From assembly GCF_027307225.1 (NCBI RefSeq), contig NZ_DAHUXJ010000068.1, forward strand, positions 1,700 through 65,699: a stretch of DNA of 64,000 nucleotides, written 5' to 3'. The translations under genes and the position numbers were made by a program. This document shows positions 60,533 through 64,000 of the stretch, one piece after another. Positions within the stretch are counted from its first letter, which is position 1. The number at the start of each line of letters is the position of its first letter. Source of the stretch: Bradyrhizobium sp. Its GTDB lineage: Bacteria; Pseudomonadota; Alphaproteobacteria; Rhizobiales; Xanthobacteraceae. Under the pieces are notes generated by a model. That model saw only the letters and a list, made by a program, of their open reading frames with translations. It searched no databases and was not told the origin of the DNA.

Positions 60533-61280
60533 GTAGGATGGGTTGAGCGGCAGCGAAACCCATCAACTCCATCTGCTCAACGTCTTTCGCCGTATGAGCA
60601 GCCATCTTGGGACATGTCACCAGCCCAATCGATCGGATAAAGACCGAGTTTTACATATCGATGAAACGACGACGCCTCCCAATCGCACACACGTCCGACC
60701 AGTCCATGTTTCACAGGGTTGATGTGGATGTAATCCACATGACGCGCAAAATCATTTTCATCGCTAATGGTATGCTCCCAATAGCGACGCTGCCAGATAC
60801 CGCGCTCACCTTTTGCTGCACGGCTCGCCGAAGCCGGCTCGCCACCTGAAAGACTACGTGAAAACGCTGACTTGATCAGCCGCCAGCGCGTCGCGAAGTC
60901 TGCATCGCCGTCCGGCATCGTCCAAATAGCGTGGAGGTGATCAGGCAACACAACGATGGCATTGATGGTGAAAGGGTGGCGCTGGCGCGTCACGCGAAAC
61001 GCTTCGCGCAAGAACTCGATATGTGCGGTCAGAAGCGAGAGCCTCCGGTCCGCTAGATTGACGGTGAAGAAATAGCTTCCGCCCGAGACAAAATTGCGCC
61101 GATACGAGGTCATGCCAGACCAGGATAGCACAACTTGCAAAGATGGGTTTCGCTAACGCTCAACCCATCCTACGGCACCCACGATTGACCGGTAGGATGG
61201 GTAGAGCGCAGCGATACCCATCAACTGCAAGACGGGCTGACGACACAAGATGGGTTTCGCAAGGGCTCAACCCATCCTAC
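60533..61280. mobile_element. REPtron: RAYT gene flanked by four GTAG-REPs
   Basis: REPs GTAGGATGGGTWGAGC...AWACCCATC at 60533-60564 (+), 61142-61173 (-), 61192-61222 (+) and 61249-61280 (-). Confidence 0.92.
60577..61113 (-). CDS. rayT: REP-associated tyrosine transposase (HUH Y1)
   Basis: YFFTV, VVLPDHLHAIW (HUH), IWQRRYWEHTI, YIHINPVKHG, SSFH. Confidence 0.95.
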   Translation of the reverse strand: MTSYRRNFVSGGSYFFTVNLADRRLSLLTAHIEFLREAFRVTRQRHPFTINAIVVLPDHLHAIWTMPDGDADFATRWRLIKSAFSRSLSGGEPASASRAAKGERGIWQRRYWEHTISDENDFARHVDYIHINPVKHGLVGRVCDWEASSFHRYVKLGLYPIDWAGDMSQDGCSYGERR

Positions 61281-61300
61281 GAAGGTGAAGGTAACGGACT

Positions 61301-62935
61301 CTAATTGAACGCCACCGCTTCCATTGGCGTCTTGCCGCGAACGAGGTCGCTGGCTTTATCCGCGATCATCTGCGTCGAGGCGTTGAGGTTGGCCGAAATC
61401 ATCCGCGGCATTACCGAAGCATCGATCACGCGCAGGCCGTCAAGGCCATGCACGCGCAACTGGTCGTCGACCACGGCCCATGACGCGTCCACTGGACCCA
61501 TCCGGCAGGTACAGCCGGGATGGAACGTCGTGGTGCCGCGCTTGGTCGCGGCCTGCAAAAATTCCTCGTCGGTCTGGACGTCGGGCCCGGGGAAATCCTC
61601 ATAGTCGTAATAGGGCTTCAGCGGCTCCGCCTTCAAAAGCTTCCGCGCCAGCTTCATTCCGGCGACGACGACGCGCCGGTCGAGCTCGGCGGTGAGATAG
61701 TTGGTCTGAATGATCGGCGCCGCGAACGGGTCGGCCGAGCGGATGCGGACATAGCCGCGGCTCTCGGGGCGCTGCTGCCAGGAGGTGACCGTCATGCCCG
61801 GCAGATCCTCGAGCGTGCCCTGCACGCCTTCCTTGTAACTCGCCGGCGTGAACGTCAGTTGCAGGTCGGAGCTTTCGGTGGTCTCGCCGGAATGCCAGAA
61901 GCAGTAGACCATGGTCGGCGACAGCGACAGCAGGCCGCGCCGCGTCGTCGCCCATTTGATGACTTCGCCCATCAGGCTCAGGCCACGCCGGCGCTCGTTG
62001 ATGGTCTTGATGTTCTTGACCCGCGCCACCGACCGCGGCGCGTAATGGTCCTGCAATCCCTCGCCCACGCCAGGCAGCGCATGACGAACCTCGATGCCGT
62101 GCGACTGCAACAGTTCCGGCGAGCCGACGCCCGACAATTGCAGAACCTGCGGCGAGTTATAGGCGCCGCCGGAGAGAATGACTTCCCTGGCCGCGCGCAC
62201 CTCGTGCAGCGTGCCGTTCTTGCCGCCACGCCGATAGCGCACACCGACCGCGCGCTTGCCCTCGAAGACGATTTCCGTGACATGCGCATGCGTGCGCACA
62301 TCGATATTGCCGCGCTTGAGCGCCGGACGAAGAAAGGCGGTGGCCGCGCTGACGCGAAGACCATTCTTGATGGTGCGCTGGGCGTAGGACACGCCTTCCT
62401 GGATCGCGCCGTTGTAATCGGGATTGCGCGGAATGCCGAGCGAGATGGCGCCTTCCATGAACGCCTCGCAGAGCGGATCCTGCCAGTCCATGGTGGTGAC
62501 GGTGAGATTGCCGTCGCGGCCGCGATAGGTGTCGTCGCCCGGGCCGATGCGCGTTTCCAGCCGCTTGAAATACGGCAGCACGTCGGAATAGCCCCAGCCG
62601 CGATTGCCGAGCTGCGCCCAGGTGTTGAAGTCCTGGCGCTGGCCGCGGTTATAGATGTGACCGTTGATCGAGGACGAGCCGCCGAGCGTCTTGCCGCGCG
62701 GCGCATAGATGCTGCGGCCGCCGGTCCAGGGCCCCACTTCCTGTTGATAGGCCCAATTGACGCTGCGCATATGGAAGGTCTTGATGAAGCCCGCCGGCAA
62801 ATGGATGTACGGGTGCCAGTCACGCGGCCCTGCCTCCAGCATGCAGATTTTCGTGGAGGCATCCTCGCTTAGCCGATTGGCCAGCACGCAACCGGCCGAA
62901 CCCGCACCGATAATCACATAGTCGAACGTGTCCAT
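61301..62935 (-). CDS. GMC oxidoreductase (choline dehydrogenase-like)
   Basis: IIGAGSAGCV, PRGKTLGGSSSING, VGEGLQDH, FHPGCTCRMG, DASVMP...ANLN. Confidence 0.93.
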   Translation of the reverse strand: MDTFDYVIIGAGSAGCVLANRLSEDASTKICMLEAGPRDWHPYIHLPAGFIKTFHMRSVNWAYQQEVGPWTGGRSIYAPRGKTLGGSSSINGHIYNRGQRQDFNTWAQLGNRGWGYSDVLPYFKRLETRIGPGDDTYRGRDGNLTVTTMDWQDPLCEAFMEGAISLGIPRNPDYNGAIQEGVSYAQRTIKNGLRVSAATAFLRPALKRGNIDVRTHAHVTEIVFEGKRAVGVRYRRGGKNGTLHEVRAAREVILSGGAYNSPQVLQLSGVGSPELLQSHGIEVRHALPGVGEGLQDHYAPRSVARVKNIKTINERRRGLSLMGEVIKWATTRRGLLSLSPTMVYCFWHSGETTESSDLQLTFTPASYKEGVQGTLEDLPGMTVTSWQQRPESRGYVRIRSADPFAAPIIQTNYLTAELDRRVVVAGMKLARKLLKAEPLKPYYDYEDFPGPDVQTDEEFLQAATKRGTTTFHPGCTCRMGPVDASWAVVDDQLRVHGLDGLRVIDASVMPRMISANLNASTQMIADKASDLVRGKTPMEAVAFN

Positions 62936-62944
62936 GACGACCGG

Positions 62945-63538
62945 TCACCGCTGCTTTTCATTGAGTTGAAACGTGAGATGCGCTTTTGCTGTCGGCCATT
63001 CCGAGGCGATGATGCTGAACACCACGGTGTCGCGCAGCGTGCCATTCGGCGCGATCTGATGGTTGCGCAAGATGCCGTCCTGCTTGGCGCCGAGCCGTTC
63101 GATGCCGCGCCGGCTCTGATGGTTGAAGAAATGCGTGCGGAACTCGACCGCGATGCAATCGAGCTTTTCGAACGCATGGGTGAGCAGCAACAACTTGCAC
63201 TGGGTGTTGAGCGCCGTGCGCTGCACACGCTTGGCATACCAGGTCGAACCGATCTCGACGCGCCGGTTCGTCGCGTCGATATTCATGTAGGTCGACATGC
63301 CGGCGATCAGGCCGTCGGCGTCGAACACGGTGAACGGCAGCATTGAGCCTTTCGCCTGCAGGCCGAGCCGGCGGTCGATTTCCCGGGCCATCTCTTCCGG
63401 CTTTGGAACCGAAGTATACCAGAGCTTCCACAGATCGCCGTCCTTCACCGCTTCGGTCAGCCCCGCCAGATGGGCCTGCGATAGCGGCTCAAGCCGCGCA
63501 TGCGCGCCCGCAAGCGTCACCGGATCAGGCCAGGGCAT
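62945..63538 (-). CDS. GNAT (RimJ/RimL-type) acetyltransferase
   Basis: RVEIGSTW, NTQCKLLLLTHAFE, SRRGIERLGAKQDG.LR. Confidence 0.93.
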   Translation of the reverse strand: MPWPDPVTLAGAHARLEPLSQAHLAGLTEAVKDGDLWKLWYTSVPKPEEMAREIDRRLGLQAKGSMLPFTVFDADGLIAGMSTYMNIDATNRRVEIGSTWYAKRVQRTALNTQCKLLLLTHAFEKLDCIAVEFRTHFFNHQSRRGIERLGAKQDGILRNHQIAPNGTLRDTVVFSIIASEWPTAKAHLTFQLNEKQR

Positions 63539-63554
63539 TCAAGTCTCCTTCTCC

Positions 63555-63660
63555 TCGTCCTGAGGAGCGCTTTGCAAAAGCGCGTCTCGAAGGATGAGGC
63601 CCGTATGGTGGCCTCATGGTTCGAGACGGGTCGCTCATGCGCCCCTCCTCACCATGAGGA
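63555..63660. repeat. CGTCCTGAGGAG...CCATGAGG palindromic doublet
   Basis: Same family as 11640 and 46114. Confidence 0.8.
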
Positions 63661-63676
63661 TCGTAAGCCGCTTCGT

Positions 63677-64000
63677 TCATCGATTCAAAAAATTCAGCGG
63701 CAAGCCGGACCGGGGCCAGTCCATCGCGACGAGTTCGCCTTTGCCGGACAGCGTGATGTAGGCGGTCTTCAGCTCGCTCCCGCCGAAAGCGATATTGGTG
63801 GTAACGCGGTCGCCGGTCGGCACCTGCTCGACCAGCGCCCCGTCCGGCGCGATTACCGAAATGCAGCCGGTCACGAGCGTGGCGACGCAGACATTGCCGT
63901 TCGCCTCGACCGCCAGCGAATCGAACATCTGGTAGCCGCCCAGCCCCGCGATCGGCTTTCCCCGCTCGCCGCGATAGATCACGTCGCGCGGCTTCACCAC
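63677..64000 (-). CDS. SMP-30/gluconolactonase family protein (5' end outside the window)
   Basis: FDSLAVEANGNVCVA, TNIAFGG.ELKTAYIT. Confidence 0.88.
   Translation of the reverse strand: MVKPRDVIYRGERGKPIAGLGGYQMFDSLAVEANGNVCVATLVTGCISVIAPDGALVEQVPTGDRVTTNIAFGGSELKTAYITLSGKGELVAMDWPRSGLPLNFLNR

Noticed and set aside
60533-61280. Clustered ~31-bp repeats as a CRISPR array
   Set aside because: They alternate in orientation, begin with GTAG, flank a RAYT and have no cas genes nearby. They are REPs.
61301-62935. Calling the GMC enzyme betA
   Set aside because: No betB, betI or choline transporter is adjacent, and GMC motifs do not specify the substrate.

Overview
GC-rich alphaproteobacterial chromosome, most likely Bradyrhizobium or a close relative (inferred from gene content and repeat families). 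Core genes include a TPP-riboswitch-led thiO-thiS-thiG-thiE-thiC operon, bfd-bfr with Irr/ICE-like boxes, an OmpR/histidine kinase pair, ettA, sseA plus a rhodanese, MoxR/VWA, and several cell-envelope enzymes. Accessory content is two AT-richer islets (about 1.1-3.4 kb and 32.4-35.8 kb; the second has a PIN nuclease with a large unknown partner and an integrase remnant) and a RAYT REPtron with a cognate REP doublet 24 kb away. The best candidates for undescribed biology are: (1) a family of CTAG-bounded hairpin doublets at 8 loci, whose stems covary around a fixed 3-nt bulge, including a near-identical inverted pair around a DoxX-like gene and a copy read into a kinase C-terminus; (2) a possibly phosphate-regulated membrane-lipid cluster (Psd, membrane-anchored class III aminotransferase, Mpo1/DUF962-like protein, Pmt-type methyltransferase, GT4); (3) ThiC carrying two different intergenic repeats in frame; (4) a PIN plus 248-aa partner module; (5) a ~490-bp structured non-coding element; (6) unannotated 30-aa and 57-aa ORFs. 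All calls come from manual motif reading. No database search was run, so novelty is untested, and repeat boundaries are approximate.
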